From a virus (lineage: Duplodnaviria > Caudoviricetes): 64,000 nucleotides of DNA. The stretch's first letter is position 1. Every line of letters starts with the position of its first letter. Both the position numbers and the translations under genes were made by a program. The stretch spans positions 8,975-72,974 of the IMG/VR virus record IMGVR_UViG_3300043036_000358, one strand, 5' to 3'. This document shows, in pieces, positions 1 to 10,319 of this stretch. The notes below the pieces were generated by a model, which saw only the letters and a list, made by a program, of their open reading frames with translations, searched no databases and was not told where the DNA came from.

Positions 1-2
1 AC

Positions 3-473
3 ATTGGTAAAGCCAAAGCAAAGTTCGGTGATAAACTCAAGCTAGTAGTAGTTGACTACCTTAACCAAATTGTACTAGAAGGAAACGATCAGTATGACTG
101 GAAACCGCAGATCGAAGTCTCCAAGAAACTTAAGAATCTCGCCCGTAAGTACGAAATTGTCATGGTTAGTCCATATCAAATCGACGCCAACGGGGAAGCT
201 CGTTTTGCGAAAGGTATTCTTGACGCAGCGGATATTGCTCTTACCATGGAAGCTCACGATAAAGAGACCAACGCGATCTCGTTTGCTACGACCAAGATTC
301 GTGGCGGCAAGGAAATGGCGTTTACATGTCCAATTGACTGGGATACCTTACGTATCTCGCCACAAAGTGTGGATAAGCCTCAAGCTAAAGAAGCAGTTAA
401 AAAAGTAAAGAAAGGCCAAGAAGAAGCAGCACCTGTTAGTGATAGCGGAGCAGACTTACCTTGGAACGCATAA
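3..473 (+). CDS. Replicative DnaB-like helicase, C-terminal part (gene starts before the window)
   Basis: The frame of ORF 162..473 is open back to base 3 and reads IGKAKAKFGDKLKLVVVDYLNQ (Walker B) ... SPYQ ... KIRGG; lies directly upstream of primase as in T5. Confidence 0.85.
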   Translation: MGKAKAKFGDKLKLVVVDYLNQIVLEGNDQYDWKPQIEVSKKLKNLARKYEIVMVSPYQIDANGEARFAKGILDAADIALTMEAHDKETNAISFATTKIRGGKEMAFTCPIDWDTLRISPQSVDKPQAKEAVKKVKKGQEEAAPVSDSGADLPWNA

Positions 474-1328
474 ATGTCAGACCCAGTACTAGAACTAATT
501 CAAAAGAACGATCTCCAGTTTACAGTATCTGGGCGTGACTACCTAATCAAATGCTTGAACCCAGATCACAGCGACAGCAACCCAAGTTTCAGAGTTGATA
601 AAGTTAGCGGTGTAGCACACTGCTTTGCGTGTGGCTTTAAAACCAATCTTTTTAAGTTCTACGGTGTTTTCACAAACCCAGTACCTATTAAGATTATGGC
701 CTTAAAAGAAAAGCTGGATGTACTAAAACGGTTTGGTCAAGAACTAGACCTTCCACAAGGATATACACCCTGGACAAAAGTGTTCCGTGGTGTTAGTCCT
801 CAAACACTAAAACACTTCGGTGCTTTTTATACTAACCAAGTAGAAAAGCTTCAAGATCGTATTGTGTTTCCTGTAAAAGATATTACAGGTAAAAATGTTG
901 TGTTTGTTGCACGTCATACTATGTCGCAAGGAAATCCCCGATATGTTAACTATCCCGTAGGAGTTAAGATGCCGGTGTTTCCTGCACACTTACCAAGTGG
1001 ATACAGTTCAATGGTAATTGTAGAAGGTATGTTTGATATGCTAAACTTATACGACAAAGGTTGTGAAAATGTGGTATGTGCATTTGGCACTAACACACTG
1101 CAAAATGACACTAAAGCTAAACTTTTACCATTTAAAGCGCAAGGTATCACACACGTATACTTGCTGTTTGATGGAGACGAAGCTGGACGCAAATCAGCTA
1201 AATTAATGAAGCCACTTATCGAAGACGAAGGATTCATTGTGGAAGTCGTTGACCTACCAGATGGAACCGACCCAGGTGAACTAGACACAGAGAATGTACG
1301 AAGCATTGCCGAGTACATTAATAAATAA
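474..1328 (+). CDS. DNA primase (zinc-binding domain + TOPRIM)
   Basis: CLNPDH..HCFACG zinc motif, IVEGMFD and FDGDEAG TOPRIM motifs, DPGEL. Confidence 0.92.
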   Translation: MSDPVLELIQKNDLQFTVSGRDYLIKCLNPDHSDSNPSFRVDKVSGVAHCFACGFKTNLFKFYGVFTNPVPIKIMALKEKLDVLKRFGQELDLPQGYTPWTKVFRGVSPQTLKHFGAFYTNQVEKLQDRIVFPVKDITGKNVVFVARHTMSQGNPRYVNYPVGVKMPVFPAHLPSGYSSMVIVEGMFDMLNLYDKGCENVVCAFGTNTLQNDTKAKLLPFKAQGITHVYLLFDGDEAGRKSAKLMKPLIEDEGFIVEVVDLPDGTDPGELDTENVRSIAEYINK

Positions 1329-1330
1329 AC

Positions 1331-1359
1331 TTGAAATGTTAGCCAAGATACGCTATAAT
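1331..1359 (+). promoter_or_regulatory. Sigma70-type promoter for the polymerase
   Basis: TTGAAA-17 nt-TATAAT in the intergenic gap. Confidence 0.75.
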
Positions 1360-1381
1360 AAAGTATCAAAGGAAATTATAA

Positions 1382-3661
1382 ATGAAAATTGCCATTATTG
1401 ACAAAGCACCCAATCGTACACGATATTCGGACTATTTTGAGTTTGAGTACGATCAGTACCACATGAGTTCAGTTCCGATTACCAAGCTACTGAAAAAAGA
1501 TGTAGACTTGGTAGTGGACTTGGAACCTTATGATTTTGTGATCTTGGTTGGAGCAGAAGCCGCCAAAGAGTACGCAAAGATTACCTCGGTCACAAATATG
1601 GCGGGTCAACTGGTGCAAGACAAGTATATTGCTATTTCAAATCCAGCAATGTTGAGTTTTAAACCAGAAGGTAAGCCCGACTTTCAGCGTGCAGTCGATC
1701 GTATTCACAAGTACGTTAAAGGTCAGCTAAAGCCCACAGTACAAGGTGACTTTAAGGGTATTGATGACACAGCAGAAGCCAAACGATTCTTGCGTGAAGT
1801 GCTAGACAATGCTCAAGGCTATGTTGCGTGGGACACGGAAACAACTTGCCTGTATCCACGTGATGGTTACGTGCTTGGCGTGTCTATGAGCTACAAAAGC
1901 AAGCACGGCAGATATATCTTAACTGATTGCCTAGACGATGTTTGCCTAGACTTGATGCAAAAGATTGCTAATGAGTTTTACACAGTGTTTCACAACATGA
2001 AGTTTGACTACAAGATGATTAAGTATCACCTTGATATCGACTTTCCTCGTAAGCGTGTGCATGACACTATGGTTATGCACTATGTACTGGACGAAACTGA
2101 TAGTCATGGTTTGAAACCTCTGGCCCTAAAGTACACCGATTACGGTGACTATGACAGCGAACTGGATGACTTTAAAAAGGCATACTGTGCAGCACATGGC
2201 TTGTTGCAAGATGACTTCACCTATGACCTTATTCCCTTTGATACGATTAGTCGTTACGCTTCGATTGACACGGCCGTTACATACGACCTTTTCCATAAGT
2301 TCTGGCCGATTGTCCAAACCAATGATAAACTGCGTAAAGTTTACGAAGAAATCTTGATTCCTGGTACACTATTCCTAATGGACATGGAAGAAGTAGGTAT
2401 TCCTATGAGTACTGAGCGTATGGCTGCTGCTAGCAAGTACTTAGACTATGAAATTGAAGAAGCCAAAAAAGTTGTTTACAGCTTTGATGCAGTAAAACAA
2501 TATGAAAAAGATAGTGGCAAGATCTTTAATCCTAATTCGGTTATGCAGCTTCGCGTTGTGCTTTTTGACTATTTGGGTCTTAACCCAACTGGTAAAAAGA
2601 CCGCTACTGGTGCTGTTTCTACTGATGCTGAAGTATTGGGTGAGTTATCAGACGAGCATCCACTACCAGCCGCAATCCTAAAGGTGCGTCAACTTGGTAA
2701 AATTCAAAACACCTATATTCAAAAGATTCTGCCAGAAATTGACCGTGATGGTCGTATCCGTACGAATTTTAATCTTATCTTTACTACTAGTGGTCGCTTG
2801 TCTAGTAGTGGCAAGTTCAACGCTCAGCAAATTCCTCGGGACGACCCTATTATCAAAGGTTGTATTGAGGCTCCAGCAGGATATAAGATTGTATCGCAAG
2901 ACTTGACCACAGCTGAGATGTATTATGCGGCTGTGTTGAGTGGCGACAAGAATCTACAAGAAGTTTTTAGCAGTGGCGGTGACTTTCACTCAACAATCGC
3001 TAAGATGGTATTTAACCTGCCTGGCCCTGTTGAAGAAGTCAAAAAACTATACGGCTCAATGCGTCAATCGGCTAAGGCTATTTCATTCGGTATCTTATAC
3101 GGTTCAGGTGCTAATAAAGTATCTCAGACCGTATCAAAAGCCACTGGTGAAGTCTACCCTGTTGAGCAGGCACGAGACGATATTAAACAATACTTTACTA
3201 AATTCAATCGCCTTAAAAAGTGGTTGGAAGATCGCAAAAACTTTATTCAAACCAATGGCTATACATACTCATTCTTTGGTCGGAAACGCAGACTACCTAA
3301 TGTATTTAGCGCAGATAAAGGAATTGCCGCTCACGAAGTTCGTAGTGGCATTAACGCCGAAGTACAAAGTCTTGCCAGCGATGTTAACTTACTTGGAGCT
3401 ATGCGAACAGCAGAAGAAATTGCGGCAAAGGGACTAGACGCTAAAATCTTTATGCTAGTTCATGACTCAATTGTTGCGCTCGTAAAAGACGCTAATGTGG
3501 TGGAATACTGCGAGATCCTAAAGCGCAACACGCAACACCAGTGGGGCTGTGAGATTCCAAATGCCCCAATCGGTGTAGATCAAGATATTGGCGAGGACTA
3601 TAGTTTTGGACATTTTAGCGAAACATACAAGTTTGTTGGAGATACGCTGGCCCGTGTTTAA
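1382..3661 (+). CDS. Family A DNA polymerase, T5-type, with 3'-5' exonuclease
   Basis: Exo motifs WDTET, FHNMKFD, YASID; Pol motifs SQDLTTAE, RQSAKAISFGILYG (Phe at the E. coli 762-equivalent position), LVHDS; N-terminus MKIAIIDKA resembles T5 Pol; no intein-sized insertion. Confidence 0.97.
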   Translation: MKIAIIDKAPNRTRYSDYFEFEYDQYHMSSVPITKLLKKDVDLVVDLEPYDFVILVGAEAAKEYAKITSVTNMAGQLVQDKYIAISNPAMLSFKPEGKPDFQRAVDRIHKYVKGQLKPTVQGDFKGIDDTAEAKRFLREVLDNAQGYVAWDTETTCLYPRDGYVLGVSMSYKSKHGRYILTDCLDDVCLDLMQKIANEFYTVFHNMKFDYKMIKYHLDIDFPRKRVHDTMVMHYVLDETDSHGLKPLALKYTDYGDYDSELDDFKKAYCAAHGLLQDDFTYDLIPFDTISRYASIDTAVTYDLFHKFWPIVQTNDKLRKVYEEILIPGTLFLMDMEEVGIPMSTERMAAASKYLDYEIEEAKKVVYSFDAVKQYEKDSGKIFNPNSVMQLRVVLFDYLGLNPTGKKTATGAVSTDAEVLGELSDEHPLPAAILKVRQLGKIQNTYIQKILPEIDRDGRIRTNFNLIFTTSGRLSSSGKFNAQQIPRDDPIIKGCIEAPAGYKIVSQDLTTAEMYYAAVLSGDKNLQEVFSSGGDFHSTIAKMVFNLPGPVEEVKKLYGSMRQSAKAISFGILYGSGANKVSQTVSKATGEVYPVEQARDDIKQYFTKFNRLKKWLEDRKNFIQTNGYTYSFFGRKRRLPNVFSADKGIAAHEVRSGINAEVQSLASDVNLLGAMRTAEEIAAKGLDAKIFMLVHDSIVALVKDANVVEYCEILKRNTQHQWGCEIPNAPIGVDQDIGEDYSFGHFSETYKFVGDTLARV

Positions 3662-4157
3662 GCTAGGTGACAAGAAGCCAACCCAGCAAGATGGGTTGGT
3701 ATTCTATCATACACACTACGTAGATGAAAATAATTCGGAGACTTATACTATTAGAATGGTTGATGATAAAACACTGCCACAGGCGACACTTGGTCTCAGA
3801 CGACTAGCAATGAAAGCACTAAAGGTTGAGTTGTTCCCAATCCGCACAGCCATCTACTTTTTAGCAGACTTGGTTAAACTTGCAAAAGCAACTACTTGGT
3901 TTGTGGACAGCAGTGGCAGAGTATTTCAGTACGAAAAAACCACACGCGCCAAACTCACAACAAAGAAACTAAAAAATGTTTTACCTGCGGAAGGGTTAGG
4001 GTGTGTGTTTGAATTAGTGGGAGTACCTAACCGATTTAAAGCAATGCGTCACCCTGATGATAGCGAACAGTATGCCCGAGTGTTGCAGTTGGGTATGGCA
4101 TTTATTTTTTATGGTTTTTGCAGTGAGCACAAACCCGATAGTTGGAGAATGGTATGA
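3588..4157 (+). CDS. Conserved hypothetical protein after the polymerase (true start probably near 3630-3650)
   Basis: Open frame of 189 codons overlapping the pol 3' end; position matches the T5 gene that follows pol. Confidence 0.6.
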   Translation: MARTIVLDILAKHTSLLEIRWPVFKLGDKKPTQQDGLVFYHTHYVDENNSETYTIRMVDDKTLPQATLGLRRLAMKALKVELFPIRTAIYFLADLVKLAKATTWFVDSSGRVFQYEKTTRAKLTTKKLKNVLPAEGLGCVFELVGVPNRFKAMRHPDDSEQYARVLQLGMAFIFYGFCSEHKPDSWRMV

Positions 4158-4402
4158 ACAAAAGAATTGAAGAACTTTGGAACAAAGCAGCAGCACAGTC
4201 TAGTGACTCTTGGGAAGGCCAAAAAAAGTTTGTGGAAGCACTAGTTCAGCTGGCTGTACAAGATTGCATTGACAAGATCGAGACTTATCATATTCCAGTT
4301 GGAAACAGTGCAGCGGGTGAAATAGCGTGTGAAATGACGTATTTTGCACTACGTGATATTCGGGACGATATTCGCGAGACATTTGGAATAACGGATGCCT
4401 AA
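4154..4402 (+). CDS. Hypothetical protein
   Basis: GGAG RBS before ATG 4154; ATGA-type overlap with the upstream gene and overlap with the next. Confidence 0.6.
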   Translation: MNKRIEELWNKAAAQSSDSWEGQKKFVEALVQLAVQDCIDKIETYHIPVGNSAAGEIACEMTYFALRDIRDDIRETFGITDA

Positions 4403-5690
4403 AGCAGTAATATCAAATAGAATATACATGGATAATCCTGGTGTAGAGCATACTAAAAAGATTATCGGTGCACTTACATACAAGATCAAAAAAGATACTG
4501 GAAGCAAACGGTTTGCTACAGTAGAAACTATCAAGAATTATAGGGTGTTGCCAAAAGGTATTCTTAGTATTCCACAAGGCCGACTAGATTTGATACCCGA
4601 AGATTATGAAATCATTGATAAACGAGTGCTTGAGGATGTACCTTTCCCAACGCCTAAATTCCCCCTACGACCCGAACAGCAAGTCGTTTATGACCCAATC
4701 GACGACACGTGCTTTATTAACGCTCTTGTCGGCTGGGGGAAAACCTTTACAGCTTTACACCTCGCCCACAAGTTTGGGCAAAAAACATTGGTTATCACTC
4801 ATACAGCAGCTCTCCGAGACCAGTGGTGTGAAGAAGTCGAAGTCCTATTCGGGATACAACCCGGAGTTATTGGTGGTGGACGAGTTGACCACGCCGACCA
4901 CTTTATCACAGTTGCGAATATACAGACGCTCAGCAAGTGTGCTGGTGACTTGGCTAAGGAGTTTGGGACTATTATCTTGGACGAAGCCCACCACTGTCCT
5001 GCCACTACATTTGCACAAACAGTGGACGTGTTCCATGCCCGTTACCGAATCGCCCTTAGTGGCACAATGATTCGCAAAGACGGCAAGCACATCTTGTTCG
5101 GTGACTACTTTGGACCACTGGTATACAAACCACCACAGAGCAACACACTGACTCCAACAGTGCATATTGTTAAGTCGGGTATTACCCTAAAGCCAGGAGT
5201 ACCGTGGGTAGAAAAAGTCAGTGATCTACTAGAATCAGAAAAGTATAGACAGTTTATTGCAACTATTGCACTAATGCATATGCAAGAGGGTCACTCAGTG
5301 TTGGTAATCGCTGACCGAGTGGAGTTTTTACACAAAGTGAAAGAATACATTGGCGAAGATTGCGCGGTTGTTACAGGCGACACAGACTACGAAGAACGAC
5401 AGTACATCAAACAAGAAGTGCTTTCAGGAACCAAAAAAGCTATATGCGGCAGCAGGCAAATATTCTCAGAAGGCATATCTATTAACACACTCAGCTGTGT
5501 TATTCTTGCAGCCCCAATGAGTAACGATAGTCTGCTAGAACAAATTGTGGGTCGCGTTCAGCGATTGCATGAAGGTAAACTTGACCCACTAGTTGTGGAC
5601 ATTAACTTTGCTGGTTATGCGGATAAAAAACAAAACAACGATAGACTAGCCTTGTATTTACGTAAAGGCTGGCAGGTAATAACAGCATGA
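4395..5690 (+). CDS. D10: SF2 DEAH helicase (T5 D10-like)
   Basis: VGWGKT Walker A, ILDEAHH, ALSGT, EQIVGRVQR motifs. Confidence 0.92.
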   Translation: MPKAVISNRIYMDNPGVEHTKKIIGALTYKIKKDTGSKRFATVETIKNYRVLPKGILSIPQGRLDLIPEDYEIIDKRVLEDVPFPTPKFPLRPEQQVVYDPIDDTCFINALVGWGKTFTALHLAHKFGQKTLVITHTAALRDQWCEEVEVLFGIQPGVIGGGRVDHADHFITVANIQTLSKCAGDLAKEFGTIILDEAHHCPATTFAQTVDVFHARYRIALSGTMIRKDGKHILFGDYFGPLVYKPPQSNTLTPTVHIVKSGITLKPGVPWVEKVSDLLESEKYRQFIATIALMHMQEGHSVLVIADRVEFLHKVKEYIGEDCAVVTGDTDYEERQYIKQEVLSGTKKAICGSRQIFSEGISINTLSCVILAAPMSNDSLLEQIVGRVQRLHEGKLDPLVVDINFAGYADKKQNNDRLALYLRKGWQVITA

Positions 5691-5702
5691 TAAAATTTAC
5701 AC

Positions 5703-5731
5703 TTGCAGTAGGTTCGCTATTATGCTATAAT
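5703..5731 (+). promoter_or_regulatory. Sigma70-type promoter
   Basis: TTGCAG-17 nt-TATAAT with extended -10 TG. Confidence 0.7.
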
Positions 5732-5750
5732 ATAGTCTAAGTCAAGCATT

Positions 5751-6128
5751 ATGGCACTCTTTTTTAACCTGGATTTATTAGAAACAGAAACACATTGTGA
5801 CCCTAAATTAATGTTAAGTATGCTGGAAAGGCATTATGGCAAAAAGCCAGTACCGAAAAACCACCGTGAACTAAATAGCTTCAAAAACTTGTCGGGTCAC
5901 AGCTTTTTGTTAAATGCCCAACCTCTTTTTCAAGACACTTGTGATATTGCGTATAAAGCGCAGTATATCAGACTTGCAGGAAGGCGTGATTATAGCTTAT
6001 ATAAACTTTATCGTGTAGTCTATCTAGACCTAAGCTATTTTAAAGATCTTGACTTAGACATCTTAAAACACAATCCACTGCTTACAATAACAGACAACAA
6101 AATTTACTTTAAATACGAAAACAACTAA
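5751..6128 (+). CDS. Conserved hypothetical protein (between D10-like and D11-like genes)
   Basis: Intact ORF downstream of a promoter; syntenic with T5-like phages. Confidence 0.65.
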   Translation: MALFFNLDLLETETHCDPKLMLSMLERHYGKKPVPKNHRELNSFKNLSGHSFLLNAQPLFQDTCDIAYKAQYIRLAGRRDYSLYKLYRVVYLDLSYFKDLDLDILKHNPLLTITDNKIYFKYENN

Positions 6129-6130
6129 CT

Positions 6131-6772
6131 ATGGCAATTTCATTTAAAAACACCAAAGGCAAAGCTCAATCAAACAAAGTTGAGGCTTATGAATACAAAG
6201 ACGGCGAAAACACCGTTCGCTTAGTAGGCGGAGTTCTTCCTCGCTACATTTACTGGATCAAGGGCAGCAATAACAAGGATATTCCTGTTGAGTGCTTGGC
6301 TTTTAGCCGTGACAAAGAAAAATTCGACAACATCGAAAAAGATCACGTTCCACAATTCTACCCAGAATTGAAGTGTAGCTGGAGCTATACAGTTAACTGT
6401 ATTGACCCAAAAGACGGCAAAGTAAAAGCACTAAACTTGAAAAAGAAACTTTTTGAGCAAATCGTAAGTGCAGCAGAAGATTTAGGTGATCCAACCGATT
6501 TTGATACTGGTTGGGACGTTGTATTCAAGCGTACTAAAACAGGCCCACTAGCTTTTAATATCAGCTACGATCTGAGCGTACTGCGTTGCAAGCCACGTAA
6601 GCTAACACCTGAAGAACGTGCAGCAGCTGAAGCAGCTAAGTCTATTGATGAAAAATATCCTCGCCCTACAGAAGCTGATGTACTAGCACTGTTGGAAAAA
6701 GTTACTACTAACACAGATGACAGCGATGCAGGCGATGATTCTGCCCAAGAAGCTGTTAAAGAACTAGGTTGA
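6131..6772 (+). CDS. D11: T5 D11-like putative ssDNA-binding/recombination protein
   Basis: YKDGENTVRLVGGVLPRYIYW N-terminus, DPTDFDTGWDVVFKR, acidic C-terminal tail; synteny. Confidence 0.78.
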   Translation: MAISFKNTKGKAQSNKVEAYEYKDGENTVRLVGGVLPRYIYWIKGSNNKDIPVECLAFSRDKEKFDNIEKDHVPQFYPELKCSWSYTVNCIDPKDGKVKALNLKKKLFEQIVSAAEDLGDPTDFDTGWDVVFKRTKTGPLAFNISYDLSVLRCKPRKLTPEERAAAEAAKSIDEKYPRPTEADVLALLEKVTTNTDDSDAGDDSAQEAVKELG

Positions 6773-6778
6773 TATATG

Positions 6779-6815
6779 TAGCCCGCAATCCTAAACAGCT
6801 TGCGGGCTATTTATT
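6779..6815 (+). terminator. Rho-independent terminator after D11-like gene
   Basis: TAGCCCGCAA / TTGCGGGCTA 10 bp stem followed by a T-rich run. Confidence 0.7.
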
Positions 6816-6831
6816 CTCTAAAAGTTACAGC

Positions 6832-7302
6832 ATGAATCATATTAAACACGAAAGACTATGTGAATTATTGCACTACTGCCCAGATACTGGAATATTTACT
6901 TGGAAAGTAGATAGAAAAAGGCTAGCTAAAGCAGGTACAATTGCTGGTAGTAAGAATGGTACTGGGTATATACAAATAAGTGTTGATGGTAATCTATATT
7001 TAGCTCACAGATTGGCATGGTTCTACTGTTTTCAAGAATGGCCAGAAAAAGTAATAGATCATATAAATAGTATTAGAGATGACAATAGATTAGACAACCT
7101 ACAGGATGTATCGCAAAATACTAACATTAGAAAAGCTAATGGTAAGGTAGGCGTTTCTGGTTATCGTAATGTTAGAAAAATATGCAACAGGTATCAAGCT
7201 GCTATAAAAGTTTCTGGTAAAACAATACACATAGGTATGTATGAATCAGGCAAAGCCGCAAGCGAAGCAGTTGAAAAATATAAGAAAGATAATAACATAT
7301 GA
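6832..7302 (+). mobile_element. Free-standing HNH homing endonuclease with AP2-like C-terminal domain
   Basis: LLHYCPDTGIFTW, YLAHRLAW, IDHINSIRDDNRLDNL, RYQAAIKVSGKTIHIGMY; AT-rich, AGA/ATA-rich codons unlike neighbours; ATG 6832 chosen because the upstream extension runs through the terminator. Confidence 0.85.
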
Positions 7303-8258
7303 AAATTCTCTTCTGTGCCGACGTGCACATAAAGTTGGGAAGTAAAAACGTACCAGTAGATTGGTCTAAAAATAGGTTCAAGATGTTTTGTGAGCAATTT
7401 GCAGAAATGCAGCACCAAGCAGACTTGATAATTGTAGGCGGCGATGTGTTCGACCGGTTGCCTACAATGGACGAAGTTGAGCTCTACTTTGACTTTGTGG
7501 AAAGCTTCCACAAACCTACACTGATTTATCCAGGTAATCACGAAATGTTGAAAAAAGACTCAACATTTTTGACTAACCTTAAAAAGTCCACACACCGATT
7601 AAATCCACTAGTAACTATTATTGATGACTTTTATTCGGACGATATAGTAGATATTATTCCATATAATAAGTTAAAAGAGTTTGAAAAAGCTCCGCACTTA
7701 ACACATGGCAAAATATGCTGTACACATGTACGCGGCGAAATTCCTCCACACGTTAAGCCTGAAATAGATTTAAGTTTACTAGATCGCTGGGACGTTGTAC
7801 TAGCAGGTGACCTACACTCATATGAAAACTCTCAGCGCAATATTCTTTATCCTGGTAGCCCTTATACTACTAGTTTTCACCGTTCCAGAGTCGATACTGG
7901 CGCTATTATCCTTGATGTTGATAGTCTCAGTCATGAGTGGCGGAAATTCAACTTACCGCAGCTCATCAAGAAAACAATCACTGCCGAAGAGGCCTCCACC
8001 TCCGCCAATGCCACCGACTTTGACCACACAATCTATGAAGTGCAGGGTGATATGCAAGAACTCGGAGAGTTGCAAGATTCAGAGCTGATTGCTAGCAAAG
8101 TCCTAAAACGCGATACCGATTCAGCACTAATGCTTGATGCAGAAATGTCCTTGGATCAAGAAGTACGCGAGTATGTAACCTATATCTTAGAACTACCAGA
8201 ACCCACGGTAGATAAGGTTTTAAAAGAGATGCAAAATCATGCAGAAAAATTCACCTAA
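7299..8258 (+). CDS. D12: Mre11/SbcD-like nuclease (T5 D12-like)
   Basis: ADVHI, GGDVFD, YPGNHE, AGDLH metallophosphoesterase motifs. Confidence 0.9.
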   Translation: MKILFCADVHIKLGSKNVPVDWSKNRFKMFCEQFAEMQHQADLIIVGGDVFDRLPTMDEVELYFDFVESFHKPTLIYPGNHEMLKKDSTFLTNLKKSTHRLNPLVTIIDDFYSDDIVDIIPYNKLKEFEKAPHLTHGKICCTHVRGEIPPHVKPEIDLSLLDRWDVVLAGDLHSYENSQRNILYPGSPYTTSFHRSRVDTGAIILDVDSLSHEWRKFNLPQLIKKTITAEEASTSANATDFDHTIYEVQGDMQELGELQDSELIASKVLKRDTDSALMLDAEMSLDQEVREYVTYILELPEPTVDKVLKEMQNHAEKFT

Positions 8259-8511
8259 AGTAGCTGAAGTATGGTCACAAACAAACTGCCCTGCTTGTAT
8301 GGAAGCTAAACGATTGCTAGAAAACCACGGTACATTTATTGTGGAAAAGATGCTTGGTATTAATGGTTATACTAAAAAAGACTTAATTGAATTAGTTCCA
8401 GATGCTCGCAGTGTGCCTCAAATATTTTTAGACGGCGTATACATTGGCGGACTACAAGAATTAAAAAGAAAACTAGCAAATGATAACAATAAAAACACTA
8501 GCATGGTCTAA
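8239..8511 (+). CDS. Glutaredoxin (NrdH/GrxC-like)
   Basis: CPAC active site, SVPQIF and YIGG motifs. Confidence 0.9.
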   Translation: MQKNSPKVAEVWSQTNCPACMEAKRLLENHGTFIVEKMLGINGYTKKDLIELVPDARSVPQIFLDGVYIGGLQELKRKLANDNNKNTSMV

Positions 8512-10318
8512 TGCTTTTAGTTACGGACAAGATAATAAAATTGATTTTGTGGCTGCTCCACTCACACAGCTTGTGGGTAAGAACGGTCACGGCAAGAGTT
8601 CTATTGCACTAGTACTTGAAGAAGTACTGTTCAATAAGAATAGCAAAGGCATTAAAAAAGCAGATATTCTTAATCGGTATGTAAAAGACAAACACTATGC
8701 AATTGAGCTAGTGTTTGATCGTGATGGTACTGAGTATAAGATTGAGACTCGTCGTGGTACTTCACAAACAGTTAAGCTCTACAAAGATGGCGTAGACATT
8801 AGTGCACACACTGCGACTGCTACCTACAAGATTGTAGAAGAAGTAGTTGGCATTGACCATAAAACTTTCAGTCAAATTGTTTATCAGTCAAATGCATCAA
8901 GTCTAGAGTTTTTAACAGCTGCTGATACTGCACGTAAAAAGTTTTTGATTGAAATCCTAAACTTGGGCAAGTATACTCAAGCACAAGATGTTTTTAAGCA
9001 AGTAGCACAAGACTTAGGCAAAGATATTACTGCAACGCAATCTCAAGTCAACACAGTAGTTGCTTGGCTAGACAAGTATTCCAAAACAGATTTAACTACC
9101 AAGCAACCAGTTGCTGTTCCTGATCTTGACTCTGAGGTTCTACAAGAAGCTGCTAAACTAGAAGTGTCTATTCAAGGCGTAGAGTCTACTAATCGTAAGA
9201 TTTCCCAGAATAATACTTACAAGCAGCTACAGTCAAAAATTACATTGCTACCACTGCCGCCTAAACCAGACGATGATATTAGCCAAGCTCAGTTAGAAGC
9301 TAAATTCCTTAATACCGAAACTATTGAGTTACAGAAAACAGTTAAAGATTCAGAAGCATTTGTTCAAAAAATGAATAAGCTGCATGGTAATTGTCCTACT
9401 TGCTTACAGACTATTGATACAAATAAAATAGCTGAACTTGTTAAAGAGCAAGTAGATATTCAGTTAAGTGCAGAAAATAAAGTTGCCCTACTACGTTCGC
9501 GTCTTGAGCAAATAAACACAGAATATCGTGCATACACAGCTAAAAAATCTACTTGGGAAGCTGCACAAAAATCTCAGGAAGAATGGGAAAAGTATCATCA
9601 GCTTATTGATACTGAACTACCCGATACTGTACTAGATAAAGCTGCGCTGCAAAGCAGCTTAGCTGATCTTGAGACTAGTATTAAGGCTACACGTGACAAG
9701 ATTGCAGCTGCTGAAAAAACCAATCAGGCTGTTAGTGCACATAATTCCAAAGTAGAAACCATCAGCAAGCAACTAGCTGAAATGAGTGAAGAACTGGAAG
9801 TGTACAGTGAAAAACTTCACGAGCTGTCGGAGCGCATGAGTATTGTAAATGTGCTAACCAAAACATTCTCTACAACTGGGCTAGTAGCCTATAAGATTGA
9901 ATGCCTGGTAAAAGACCTAGAAGAAATCACAAACAACTACCTTGTAGACTTAAGTGATGGCAGATTTCAAATTAGCTTTAAAATCTCTGCTAGTGACAAA
10001 CTAAATGTTGTTATCACTGATAACGGCAGAGATATTGAAATGCTGGCACTAAGTGGCGGTGAGCGTGCACGAGTAAATGTGGCCACACTGCTAGCTATTC
10101 GTAAACTAATGCAGACCCTAAGTTCAAGCAGAATTAACTTGCTGATCTTAGATGAAACCGTTGAAGCACTCGACGTAGACGGTAAAGAAAAACTGGTGGA
10201 AGTCTTGTTAAAAGAAGAACACCTAAACACCTTTTTAGTATCACATGGATTTTCACATCCACTACTAGAAAAAGTCAACGTTGTTAAACGCAACAACATA
10301 TCTCACATAGAGGCATAA
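8480..10318 (+). CDS. D13: Rad50/SbcC-like ATPase (T5 D13-like)
   Basis: GKNGHGKS Walker A, coiled coils with CPTC hook, LSGGE signature, LILDE Walker B, VSH switch. Confidence 0.93.
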   Translation: MITIKTLAWSNAFSYGQDNKIDFVAAPLTQLVGKNGHGKSSIALVLEEVLFNKNSKGIKKADILNRYVKDKHYAIELVFDRDGTEYKIETRRGTSQTVKLYKDGVDISAHTATATYKIVEEVVGIDHKTFSQIVYQSNASSLEFLTAADTARKKFLIEILNLGKYTQAQDVFKQVAQDLGKDITATQSQVNTVVAWLDKYSKTDLTTKQPVAVPDLDSEVLQEAAKLEVSIQGVESTNRKISQNNTYKQLQSKITLLPLPPKPDDDISQAQLEAKFLNTETIELQKTVKDSEAFVQKMNKLHGNCPTCLQTIDTNKIAELVKEQVDIQLSAENKVALLRSRLEQINTEYRAYTAKKSTWEAAQKSQEEWEKYHQLIDTELPDTVLDKAALQSSLADLETSIKATRDKIAAAEKTNQAVSAHNSKVETISKQLAEMSEELEVYSEKLHELSERMSIVNVLTKTFSTTGLVAYKIECLVKDLEEITNNYLVDLSDGRFQISFKISASDKLNVVITDNGRDIEMLALSGGERARVNVATLLAIRKLMQTLSSSRINLLILDETVEALDVDGKEKLVEVLLKEEHLNTFLVSHGFSHPLLEKVNVVKRNNISHIEA

Positions 10319-10319
10319 A

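Noticed and set aside
2940-3437. 165-aa alternative-frame ORF inside the polymerase (and similar ones in D10, D12, nrdJ)
   Set aside because: Off-frame overlaps of well-supported genes, no motifs
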